DNA from: a virus
Taxonomy: Duplodnaviria > Caudoviricetes
IMG/VR virus record: IMGVR_UViG_3300036805_000175
Span: 12,654 to 76,653 of that record
Reading direction: 5' to 3' (one strand)
DNA length: 64,000 bases
Part shown: piece by piece, positions 18,474 through 28,300 of the stretch
Position numbering within the stretch: the first letter of the stretch is position 1
How the letters are laid out: each line of letters begins with the position of its first letter
Made by a program: the position numbers and the translations under genes
Notes under the pieces: model-generated
Seen by the model: the letters and a program-made list of their open reading frames with translations, nothing else
Databases searched by the model: none
What the model was told of the DNA's origin: nothing

Positions 18474-18592
18474 GGCCGCCCAGGTACTGAGTCGGCATCC
18501 ATAGACCCGCCAGCCCGGCCGGGCTGGCGAAGGGCCACGCACCGGATGCGTGGCCGCTATCTGCCCGCCACCGCCCGTAAGGGAGCACGCCC

Positions 18593-19174
18593 ATGCCGGC
18601 TATCACCGTCGCCAAGACACCCATCGCCCGCGACCCCGGGTACCTGTACTACGGGCCGCTGGCCACCTCCCTGCCGGCCAACACCGTCGCCGGGTCCGTG
18701 TTCACCGACACCTGGCCGGCCGGCTGGGCGCCGTGGGGGGTCACCCGGTCCGGGAGCGAGTTCCAGTACTCGGTGACCACCGACAACATCGAGGCCGCCG
18801 AGTACCTGGACCCGCTCGTCATCGTCACCACCGGCCGCGCCGCGCAGGTCGCGTTCGAGTGCATCATCCTGTCCGCGACCACGATGAAGCGGGCGCTGAA
18901 CGGCGGCACCGTCACCACGTCCGGGTCCGGTGCGACCCTGCTCACCACGGTCACCCCGCCCATCCCCGGCGCCGAGGTCCGGTCGATGGTCGGCTGGGAG
19001 GCGCAGGATGGCACCGAGCGGATGGTGATGGAGCAGGTGTTCCAGGCCGGCACGATCACCATCGGCCGCGCCAAGGGCAGCGCCAACGCGGGCGTGACCA
19101 TGGAATTCCACGCAGAGCTTCCGAGTTCCGGGTTCCCTTTCCAGTACTTCACGGCGGGTGCGGCGCGTGGCTAG
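18593..19174 (+). CDS. Major tail (tube) protein
   Basis: PGYLYYGP..WAPWGVTRSG..EYLDP; position before chaperones and tape measure. Confidence 0.8.
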   Translation: MPAITVAKTPIARDPGYLYYGPLATSLPANTVAGSVFTDTWPAGWAPWGVTRSGSEFQYSVTTDNIEAAEYLDPLVIVTTGRAAQVAFECIILSATTMKRALNGGTVTTSGSGATLLTTVTPPIPGAEVRSMVGWEAQDGTERMVMEQVFQAGTITIGRAKGSANAGVTMEFHAELPSSGFPFQYFTAGAARG

Positions 19175-19748
19175 CGAGACGTGGCCGGGCGAGGCCGGGC
19201 CGAGGTTCGATGGCACCCACCAGGTGCAGGCGGAGATGGAAGGCGTCACCCTCACCGGCAGCGTCCAGTTGCGCGGCAAGACCTACCGGCTCGGGTCGAT
19301 GGGCGGCTCCAACGCGGTCGCCGGGATGCAGTTCGCCAAGGCGCAGCTGCTGAACCTGGACACGAGTGACCCGAAGGGCGGCGCCGCCCTGTGGGACATG
19401 CTCCGGTCCTGTTTCCTGGTCTCCCCGCCGTGCGGTGGCTGCGAGGCGTGCGACCGGGACGACTACGACTCCTGCAAGCAGCTGGACGAGGGCGACTGGC
19501 CGGTGTTCCAGCAGCGGGCGCTCGCCCTGTGCGTCCCGCTCGATGACATCTTCGATGTGCTGACCGGGGCGCTGGAGCAGATCGCGGCACGCCCTACCCC
19601 GCCGCCGTCCGGCTCCTCGTCACCGGATGCCACGACCTCGCCGAGATCGAGGGCGAGCTCATCCGCACCGGTGCGGCAACTGCCGGCGGCGTTCCAGGCG
19701 GCGCAGGAGTCTGGGGACCTGATCGACGTGGCCCAGCTAGCCCGCTAG
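19167..19748 (+). CDS. Tail assembly chaperone (gpG-like)
   Basis: Lies between MTP and TMP; ends in an RPTPPPSGSSS low-complexity tail. Confidence 0.7.
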   Translation: MASETWPGEAGPRFDGTHQVQAEMEGVTLTGSVQLRGKTYRLGSMGGSNAVAGMQFAKAQLLNLDTSDPKGGAALWDMLRSCFLVSPPCGGCEACDRDDYDSCKQLDEGDWPVFQQRALALCVPLDDIFDVLTGALEQIAARPTPPPSGSSSPDATTSPRSRASSSAPVRQLPAAFQAAQESGDLIDVAQLAR

Positions 19749-19933
19749 CGGGCCTGTCCATCCGGCTGTTCTGCAACCTCGTGTATGCCCGGCTGGCCGC
19801 AGCCTGCCCGGACGCGAAGACGCGGGACGAACTGGAGCACGAACTGTCCGCGCCGGCCCGGGGCTGGGGCGCGGTCGAAGCCGACCTGTGGGCGCGGGTC
19901 AGCGCCGCCCCCGACACCGACGACGGGGGGTGA
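19592..19933 (+). CDS. -1 frame extension of tail chaperone (gpGT-like)
   Basis: Frame PYPAAVRLL..DLAEIEGELIR..LSIRLFCNLVYARL..TGA 19933; candidate shift site CGC CCT AC at 19590-19597. Confidence 0.65.
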   Translation, partial: PYPAAVRLLVTGCHDLAEIEGELIRTGAATAGGVPGGAGVWGPDRRGPASPLAGLSIRLFCNLVYARLAAACPDAKTRDELEHELSAPARGWGAVEADLWARVSAAPDTDDGG

Positions 19934-19941
19934 GCTAGGCC

Positions 19942-22900
19942 GTGGTGATGCTGGGCGCGGTGCGGGTGGCGGTGCTGCCGGACCTGGCCGGGTTCACCCC
20001 CGCCGTCCGCCGCGGCGTCGCCGGGGCCAACCTCGGCGCCGAGGGCAAGAAGGCCGGGAAGGCGTACGGGTCCGGGCTGTCCGGGGCGCTCAAGTCGCTC
20101 AAGGGCACCCTGGCCGTGGCCGGGATCGCCGGGCTGGCCATCGGCATCGACAAGTCCGTCAAGGCCGCCAGCGAGTTCCAGTCCCAGATGGAGAAGATCC
20201 ACACCCAGGCCGGCGGCACGCAGCGGGACGTCACCAGCCTGTCCAAGGCCATCCTCGGCATGACGAACGCGCAGCAGGGACCGCAGCAGCTCGCCCAGGC
20301 CATGTTCCATCTCAAGTCCGTTGGCCTGGACAACGTCAACGCGATGAAGGCGCTGAAGGCCGCCTCCGACCTGGCGGCGGTCGGCGGCGCCGACCTCGAG
20401 GACACCACCAACGCGGTCGCCGGGGCGTGGCGGTCCGGGGTCAAGGGCGCGCAGACGTTCGGCCAGGCCGCCGCCACGGTCAACTCGATCGTCGGCGCCG
20501 GCAACGTCAAGATGGGTGACCTGGTCAACGCCATCGGCACCGGCATCCTGCCGTCCGCCCGGGCGTTCGGCGTCAGTTTCAAGTCCGTCGGGGCCGCGCT
20601 GGCGCTGATGACCGACGAGGGCATCCCCGCCCAGCAGGCCGCCACCCGGCTGCGGATGTCCCTGTCGCTGCTTGGCGCGCCGTCCAACGCGGCTGAGCAG
20701 CAGCTGAAGTCCATCGGCCTGACCGGCCTGAAGCTCGCCAACGACCTGCGCTCGCCGGGCGGGATCGTCGCGGCCATCGGTGACCTGAAGTCCCACCTGG
20801 AGGCGTCCGGGAAGTCGGCGTCCGCGCAGGCGCAGATCCTGTCCCACGCGTTCGGCGGCGGCCGGTCCTCGTCCGCGATCCTCACCCTGATCAACAACTA
20901 CGGCGTGCTGCAGCGCAAGCAGGACCAGGTCAACGCCGGCATCAGCAAGTTCGGCGAGGACGTGGCAGCGCAGAAGCAGACCGCCGAAGCCCAGTTCCAC
21001 ATCCTCGGCGCCAACGTGGAACGGCTCGGCATCAGCATCGGCAACGTGCTCCTCCCCGCCGCGGCGGGGTTCACGAAGTTCCTCAACACGTTCCTGGTTC
21101 CCGGGCTCGGCCATCTCGCCTCCGCGCTGACCGGCAGCGGGAAGGGCAGCACGATCCTGCGCGACTCCCTGTTCGGGGTGGCGGCGGCGTTCGCGGCGCT
21201 CAAGTCCATCGGCCTCGTCACCCGGCTGATCTCCAGCTCGGCCGCGTCGTTCGGCCGGCTCGCCCTGGTGTTCCGGTCAATGAAGGACGCCGCCGCCGCC
21301 GGCACGGGCATCAAGACTCTCGCATCCGGCGTTGGCACGCTCGCCGCCAGGCAGGGCACCGCCGTCGCCGGCGCAGGCGCGCTCGGCGCGGCCATCGGCG
21401 GCATCTCCCTGTCCGCCGCCGGGGCGACGCTCGGCCTCGGCGCGGTCGCCGCTGGCGTCGGCTATTACATCTACACGCAGCGGAACAGCCTCACCCTGTC
21501 CCAGCAGATCAACCGGCAGTTCGACACGGAACGGGCCAAGCTCGGCTTCAACGCCGCCGCCTATGACAAGCTGGCCGGCTCCATCGGCAAGCAGGCCAGG
21601 GCGCAGGAACAGGTCTCCCAGGGCGGTGGCCGGCTCGACGCTGTCGTGCAGAACAACACCGCCCGGATCACCACCTACGCCACCCAGCAGAACAAGGCCG
21701 TCACCGCCGGGAAGAATCTCAGCGACGCGCTCAACTCCATCCAGATCCGGATGAACACCAGCCGCGGCGATGCGATCAACCTGGCGCAGGCGGCCGGGGT
21801 GTCGGCGAAGCAGCTCGCCGCGGGCGGCGAGGCCGGCCGGAAAGCCGCCGCGAAGGTGGCCGCCTACGGGCAGGCCAACGAGGCGGCCGTGCAGCCGGTC
21901 AAGGGGCTGAACACCGACCTCCAGGTCACCTCCAACAAGGCGCTGTCGGCCACCGACCGGATCAACGGGCTGACCTCGGCGCTGGGCAAGCTACTTGACC
22001 CGCTCACCTCCAACTCGGACAACCTGGTCACGTTCTACAACGACCTCAAGACCGCCACCGGCAATCTGAGGGCCAGCGGCGGTGCGATGGGCTACCTGAC
22101 CCAGAAGCAGCGGGACTCCCGGGGATCATTCAACGCCGTGCTGGGCGACCTGGAGTCGCTGATCACCAACACCCACCAGTCCTCCACGCAGCTGGACGCG
22201 AACCGGAAGATGGTGGAGAAGGAGATCCCGCGGCTGTATGACCTGGCCGGGTCCAACAAGTCCGCCCGGGCCGAGGTGGCCGCACTGGCCAAGGCGGTCC
22301 GCGGGCAGACCGGCGACATCGGCGCCGGGCACGGCAACCGGGCCGACCTCACGAAACAGACCGGGCAGGCCGGGCAGACCGCCAGCACCGCCAAGGGCGA
22401 CATCACCCGGCTGGCCACCGCGATCCGGCACATCCCCTCCTTCGAGGGTTTCAAGCTGCAGATGACCGGTTCCGGCGCGTACACCATCCACGGGCCCGGG
22501 GCCAACTTCATCGGCCCGGCCACCGGCCGCGGCGGGGTGGGGTCGCGGCCCCGCGCCGGCGGCGGCCCGGTCACCGGCCCGGGCGGGCCCCGGGACGACC
22601 GGGCCGGCCTGTTCGCCCTGTCCAACAAGGAATGGGTGATCCAGGCCCGGTCGGCCAGCAAGTACGGCAGCACGGCGATGTCCGCCGTCAACGCCGGCAC
22701 CGCCCAGATCGTCGTGCCCGGCCTGGCCGCCGGAGGCCTGGTGGAGGCGGGCAGCCAGGCGGTGCTGTCCGGCCAGTACGCGGTGAACATGACCGGCACG
22801 TTCAGGAAGGACCTCACTCACAGCATGGCCTCGGCGATGCGGGAGGCGATCAAGAAGGACAAGGCCGCAGCGGCGGCGGCGTTCGGCGCCGGCGAGCAGG

Positions 22901-23466
22901 GCGACACGGGAGCCCGGACGCGCAGCGCAGCGGTCGCGCAGGCATACGCCGCGTCGCAGCTCGGCCGGTTCGGCTGGGGACCGGGCCAGATGGGGCCCCT
23001 CATCATGCTGTGGAACCAGGAATCAGGCTGGTCCGCCTATGCGGTCAACCAGAGCAGCGGGGCGGCGGGCATCGCCCAGTCTCTCGGCCACGGCCCGGTC
23101 ACCCTCGGCGACTACGTGGGGCAGATCAACTGGGGTCTCGGCTACATCAAGTCCACCTACCTGTCACCCGCCGGGGCGTGGGCGCACGAGCAGGCATTCA
23201 ACTGGTACGGCAACGGGCTGCGCGACGGCGTCTTCGACCGGCCGACACTGATCGGCGTCGGCGAGCGCGGCCGGGAGCGGGTGAACATCGAGCCACTGTC
23301 CCGGCCGCAGTCACCGGCCACGGGCGGCTCTGCGGCCGGTGCACGGCAGCCGCAGACCATCGTCGGTGCCCAGTTCACCGGACCCGTCTACCTGCAGGAC
23401 AAGACACAGGCGCTGCTGCTCGGCCAGCAGACCTCGTGGGCGATCAGCAAACGGAACTGGGGGTGA
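19942..23466 (+). CDS. Tape measure protein with C-terminal lytic transglycosylase domain
   Basis: 1174 aa, Ala/Gly-rich; TP901-type core; LWNQESGW..GAAGIAQ..QINWGLGYIKSTY..NWY at 22981-23208. Confidence 0.92.
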   Translation: MVMLGAVRVAVLPDLAGFTPAVRRGVAGANLGAEGKKAGKAYGSGLSGALKSLKGTLAVAGIAGLAIGIDKSVKAASEFQSQMEKIHTQAGGTQRDVTSLSKAILGMTNAQQGPQQLAQAMFHLKSVGLDNVNAMKALKAASDLAAVGGADLEDTTNAVAGAWRSGVKGAQTFGQAAATVNSIVGAGNVKMGDLVNAIGTGILPSARAFGVSFKSVGAALALMTDEGIPAQQAATRLRMSLSLLGAPSNAAEQQLKSIGLTGLKLANDLRSPGGIVAAIGDLKSHLEASGKSASAQAQILSHAFGGGRSSSAILTLINNYGVLQRKQDQVNAGISKFGEDVAAQKQTAEAQFHILGANVERLGISIGNVLLPAAAGFTKFLNTFLVPGLGHLASALTGSGKGSTILRDSLFGVAAAFAALKSIGLVTRLISSSAASFGRLALVFRSMKDAAAAGTGIKTLASGVGTLAARQGTAVAGAGALGAAIGGISLSAAGATLGLGAVAAGVGYYIYTQRNSLTLSQQINRQFDTERAKLGFNAAAYDKLAGSIGKQARAQEQVSQGGGRLDAVVQNNTARITTYATQQNKAVTAGKNLSDALNSIQIRMNTSRGDAINLAQAAGVSAKQLAAGGEAGRKAAAKVAAYGQANEAAVQPVKGLNTDLQVTSNKALSATDRINGLTSALGKLLDPLTSNSDNLVTFYNDLKTATGNLRASGGAMGYLTQKQRDSRGSFNAVLGDLESLITNTHQSSTQLDANRKMVEKEIPRLYDLAGSNKSARAEVAALAKAVRGQTGDIGAGHGNRADLTKQTGQAGQTASTAKGDITRLATAIRHIPSFEGFKLQMTGSGAYTIHGPGANFIGPATGRGGVGSRPRAGGGPVTGPGGPRDDRAGLFALSNKEWVIQARSASKYGSTAMSAVNAGTAQIVVPGLAAGGLVEAGSQAVLSGQYAVNMTGTFRKDLTHSMASAMREAIKKDKAAAAAAFGAGEQGDTGARTRSAAVAQAYAASQLGRFGWGPGQMGPLIMLWNQESGWSAYAVNQSSGAAGIAQSLGHGPVTLGDYVGQINWGLGYIKSTYLSPAGAWAHEQAFNWYGNGLRDGVFDRPTLIGVGERGRERVNIEPLSRPQSPATGGSAAGARQPQTIVGAQFTGPVYLQDKTQALLLGQQTSWAISKRNWG

Positions 23467-23470
23467 CCTG

Positions 23471-24373
23471 TTGACGGTCGTCTCCATCACCCTGCATGAC
23501 CCGGACACCGGGCTCACGTCGCAGGTGTGGCCGCGGCTGGGCGTCGCCTACCAGGGCTACCAGGTGCAGGGCACCCCGCGCGCCGTGACCGAATCCCGGA
23601 CCGGCGGCGACGGGACGGTGGACGCCACCCGCAACCTGGACGACGCCGCCATCTCGCTGAACCTGCGGCTGTACGCCACCCCGCAGGCACTGATGGACGA
23701 GTTCGCCGCATTCCTGCACCCGCGCCGCCGGCCGCTGCTGATCGTCGAGGACACCGAGTGGGCGCAGCCGCGGCAGCTGCTGCTCCGGTCCGACACGCAC
23801 ACCACTCCCCGCGAGGTGGGGACCGGCATCACGAGGAACGTGCAGTTCCAGTGGCGCGGCCCTAACGGCATGTGGGAGCAGACCGGCGACCTGCTCGAGT
23901 TCGCGGTGCCGGTGACCCTCCCGGCGACCGACGGCCTGCACGTGCAGGCGTCCGGCGGGCTGCACTTCCCGTCCACCGGGCTCGACGTGAAGCCGACCGG
24001 GGCGGTGGGGGAATACGAGGCGGTCAACCCCGGCAGTGAGGATGTGCCCTGGCAGGGATTCCTCTACGGCCCGTGCGTGGGCCCGAAAATCGCCAACGAC
24101 TCGGTGTTCAATGCGGACGGCAGCCAGGGGCAGGCGCTCGAGTTCACCGACGACGTGGTACTGCAGGCCGGCGATTACCTGTGGCTGGACTCCACCGGGC
24201 AGGCGCTGATCAACTCCGACCCGGACTCCTCCGTGCTCACCAGCCTGGACACGGGCACGTCGGACTGGTGGCCAATCCAGCCCGGCACGAATCTGCTCCG
24301 TTATTACCCCACGACGGGCTCGGCCGGCGCGGTGGCGCTCATCTACTGCCGGCCCGGATGGTACCCGCAGTGA
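23471..24373 (+). CDS. Distal tail protein (Dit-like)
   Basis: Follows TMP; WWPIQPGTNLLRY C-terminal motif. Confidence 0.75.
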   Translation: MTVVSITLHDPDTGLTSQVWPRLGVAYQGYQVQGTPRAVTESRTGGDGTVDATRNLDDAAISLNLRLYATPQALMDEFAAFLHPRRRPLLIVEDTEWAQPRQLLLRSDTHTTPREVGTGITRNVQFQWRGPNGMWEQTGDLLEFAVPVTLPATDGLHVQASGGLHFPSTGLDVKPTGAVGEYEAVNPGSEDVPWQGFLYGPCVGPKIANDSVFNADGSQGQALEFTDDVVLQAGDYLWLDSTGQALINSDPDSSVLTSLDTGTSDWWPIQPGTNLLRYYPTTGSAGAVALIYCRPGWYPQ

Positions 24374-24389
24374 CCCCTGGAGGTACCCG

Positions 24390-25355
24390 GTGACGCTCCA
24401 CCAGCCGCTGCTGATGCAGCCTTCCACCGGGGATGCGGATCTCACCTGGTCCGGGCAGGAGATGCGGACGCTGCTGGCCGCGCTGCTCGGCCACCCAGAC
24501 GGCTTCCAGAACGCCCGGGGCATCCTCGGCGGCGTCAACGGCATCGGCTTCTCGGTGGCGCAGCGCGGCGCCGGGGCGAACTTCAGCGTCGACATCCCTG
24601 CCGGCAAGGCCGTCGTGGTGGGCGGCGACATCACCAACCAGGGCTCGTACGTCATCTGGAACGACACCACGTTCAACCTGGCCGTGCCCAGCCCCGGATC
24701 GGGCACGGAGGTGCACCGGGTCGTCCTGCAGGTCCGGGACAAGCTCGTCAACGGCACGTGGACGACGTACGACTTCACGCCGGTGCTGCTCCCGGACACC
24801 GGCTCGGGCACCCCGGCCGAGCCCGCGTCGGCGGTGACGATCGCGTTCGTGTCCGTCGCGGCCGGGCAGGCGTCGGTGCAGAACGCGAACATCACCGACT
24901 ACCGGGAACACGCGTCCACGGTCACCTGTTTCAAGGCGTCCGACACCTCCCGCGCCTCGACAACGTCGATGACCAAGGACCCGGACATCCAGCTGAACAA
25001 CCTGGCCGCCGGGGCCACCTACGACGTGCGCGGGGTGATCTTCTACACCGGCGGCACCGGCGGCAGCGAGGGCGACATCCAGTACACGTGGAACACGCAG
25101 AACTGCGGGTTCACCTACGGCAGCAGCCGGCAGAACCTCGCCGGGCCGGCGGCCGGGTTCGCCAACACCGACGCCGACACGGTCCAGGCGGCCACGACCG
25201 GCGTCTCGTCGCTGATGAACATCAGCATCCAGGGCACGCTCGTCACCACCGCCAGCCCGGCGTTCTGCCGGTTCTCCTGGGCGCAGAACTCCAGTAACGC
25301 CACCAATACGACCGTGAAGGCCAAAAGCCAGCTCCGCGCCCGCAGGCAGTTCTAG
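24390..25355 (+). CDS. Minor tail protein
   Basis: VDIPAGKAVVVG..HRVVLQVRD..PAEPASAVTIAFV pattern of actinophage minor tail proteins. Confidence 0.7.
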   Translation: MTLHQPLLMQPSTGDADLTWSGQEMRTLLAALLGHPDGFQNARGILGGVNGIGFSVAQRGAGANFSVDIPAGKAVVVGGDITNQGSYVIWNDTTFNLAVPSPGSGTEVHRVVLQVRDKLVNGTWTTYDFTPVLLPDTGSGTPAEPASAVTIAFVSVAAGQASVQNANITDYREHASTVTCFKASDTSRASTTSMTKDPDIQLNNLAAGATYDVRGVIFYTGGTGGSEGDIQYTWNTQNCGFTYGSSRQNLAGPAAGFANTDADTVQAATTGVSSLMNISIQGTLVTTASPAFCRFSWAQNSSNATNTTVKAKSQLRARRQF

Positions 25356-25357
25356 CC

Positions 25358-28300
25358 GTGGGGTTCGTGCAGAAGGCTGGGTCCGCATCGGGGTCCGGTG
25401 CGACCCTCACGGTCACCGTCGGCCAGGACGGCGGCGTGGCGGTCCCCGGCTTCGCCACGGTCGCGGCCGGGCACACCGCCATCCTGGGCATGTCGGCGGC
25501 CGGCGGCATCTACGCCGCCTCCGTGACCGACAGCCACGGCAACGCGTGGAACGTGGACTCCCCGGGGAGTCCCTCCACGACCGGCATCCGGTCCGGGCTG
25601 GCCTCCGCGCCCGTTGGCACGCCGCTGGCGGCCGGGGACACGGTCACCATCACCTGGTCGGCCACGCCCACCGGTGGCGCGCAGGCCGGCCTGGCCGACT
25701 TCACCGGCATCGGCGTCTCCGGCACCCACGCCGCCACCGACCCGCACGGCACCGCCGACCACATCTCCGCCGCCACGCTCAGCCTGGAAACCGCCGCGGC
25801 CGCGGGGCAGCTGGGCGAGACCGTCATCTCGGTGGCCGGGTCGTCATCGGCCGCGGGCACCCTGTCGCCATCGGCCACCGACGCCGATTCCGGCGGTACC
25901 TGGGCCAGCCTGGGCTACCCGGCCGCGCCGGGCCGGCTGGACATCGCCTGGCAGGCCGCACCCGCCACGGGCACGCCGACCACGTTCGCGGTCACCTGGA
26001 CGGACAGCGCCGGGCCGCCGCAGAACATGGACGCCTGCCTGGTCGCCTACCTGCCGGCGTCCGGACTGGTGATCGGCGGCACGCCCGGCGAGGGCAAGGC
26101 CGGCGACACGCTGACGTTCGTCCCGGACATCGAAGGCGGCACCGGCCCGTACACGCTCGCCCTCGCCTCCGGTGTCCTGCCGCCCGGCCTCACCCTCGTC
26201 GCGGGCGGCGGCGGTGGCGGCGGGCCGGTGGGGCAGTTCGGCAACACCTACCACGTGCCCTCGCTCGGCAGCATCCAGGTGGCGACGGAGAAGTGGGTCG
26301 GCACCGCCGCCGGGTACGGGCCGCCGGACATGGTGGAACGCTGGCCGACCGCCCGGAAGTGCTTCTTTGGCGCGTCGGACGGCACCGGGTCGCTGGCGAA
26401 CTTCCCGCAGACCCTCGGTGATGACACCAAGGCCTGCGTGGACATGAACATGACCGCGTTCCTGGTGTACAAGCCGGCCGTCAACAAGTCACTGACCACC
26501 TACGACGCCACCGTGGGCTCCGCGACCGGGGGGAACAGCCACGGCGGCACGCAGGCCGACTGGATCGCGCTGCGCGACTCGCTGAAGGCGCTGAAGGCCG
26601 CCAAGGTGGCCTGCGAGGCCGTGCTGTGGCATGAGATCGAGCACCAGCCGCTCACCCCCGTCCAGTACTGGTCGTGCCTGGCCTGGTATTCCAGCGCGGT
26701 CACCGCGGCGCTCGGCACCGGCCACCTGCACCATTCCTCGTCCGCGTCCTATGCCGGCAAACTCGTCTCCACCTTCCCCGGCAAGCCGAACTTCTCCAGC
26801 ACCTGCTTCATCACCGGCAAGGTGTGGACGGACTGCTACACCCACTCCTGGCTCGGCGGCTACCGGCTCGACGGCCACGACACGCCGGGTGCCGGGGCAC
26901 CGGCCGCAACCTCGCTGTACGGCCTGGCCATCCTGAACGGCCTCGGCCTCGGCGGGGTCATGGAACTTGGCATGGGCCAGGTACTCCACAAGGACAAGAA
27001 CGGCAAGGTTGACCAGGTCCCCGGGGACACGCCGAAGTACGTGGACTACCTGGCCAGGGCCGCGCTCGCCTATCCCGGCACCTCCTACTTCTGGTATGCG
27101 GACCCGACCGGGGCGACCGGCGGCACCAACGACGTGATCCCCGGCTTCGCGTCCGACGCGGACGGGTCGCTCGGCGGGTACGACGCCCGGCCGGCTCTGC
27201 GGAACCTGGCCGACGCGATCACCGGCGCCGGTGGTGGTGGCAGCACGCCGGAAGTGCAGGGCACGCCCACCGCGGACGGGTCGTGGACGGTCACGCTGCG
27301 GGTGACCGACTCCCTTGGCGCGACCGCGACGGCGAGTTTCACCTTCGTCATCGGCCCGGTCACCCCGCCACCGCCACCCCCGCCACCACCACCGATCCCG
27401 GTGCCGGTGCCCAGCCCGGGCAAGCCACCCATACCTAAGCCGTGGGTGTTCAAAATCTGCGCCCAGCAGCCGTCCGGGGCCGAACTCGCCCCGATCATGC
27501 AGGCCGCCACCCGCCAGCTGATCCTGCGCGCGGGTGCGGGGAACTACCACGAGGCCACCGTGGACCTGTCTGGCGACGACAGCGCCGCCGCCTACGTGAC
27601 CGAACTCGTCACCGACCTGCAGGTGCACCTCGGCGGCCAGGTGCTGTTCTGCGGCCGGATCGGCGGCGCTGGGGACTCCCTGCCCTCCGGGGGGGACTAC
27701 CGGTTCACGCCGGCCGCGCTGGACTACCGGGAACTGCTGCGCCGCCGGTCCCTCGCGGTCAACGGCGGCCCCAACTACCAGGGCGTGGATGTCGCCGACA
27801 TCGCCTGGGATCTGATCCAGCAGACGCAGAACACGCCGGCCGGGTGGCTTGGCATCGCCCGCGGGAAAGGCGCCGACGGGCTCGGGCAGAAGCGGTTCAT
27901 CAACACGATCCGGCAGAACTTCGTCGGTGCCACCATCGACCAGCTCGCGCAGATGAACCCGGGCATGTTCGACTGGGACATCACCCCGTACGGGCCGGGT
28001 GACCTGCGGCTGGACATGTGGGCGCCCACCCGGGGCAAAGACCAGGGCGTGACGCTGCTGTACGGCGGCCCGCTGGTCGACTCGATCGACCGCACCACCG
28101 ACCCGTCGGCGTTCGCCAACTCAGTGTTCGTCACCGGCCAGTCCACGTCGGCGCAGACCTCCATCGCGGCCGGCAGTGATACCGGAACGATCGCCAACAT
28201 CGACCACTGGGGCAGCCCGGCCCCGGGCGAGCTGGACGTGGACGACGCGTCGTCGTTCACCGCCTCGGGCACGCTGATCGTGCACGACTCCGCGGCGGCG

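Noticed and set aside
19736-19752. GCTAGC duplication and the CCCGCTAGCGGG palindrome as the chaperone recoding site
   Set aside because: The -1 frame already looks coding from ~19595, so the shift should occur upstream at CCCT.
27361-27441. Poly-Pro, poly-Gly and PT runs (also 26204-26224 and 34525-34580) as DNA repeats
   Set aside because: They encode ordinary inter-domain linkers.
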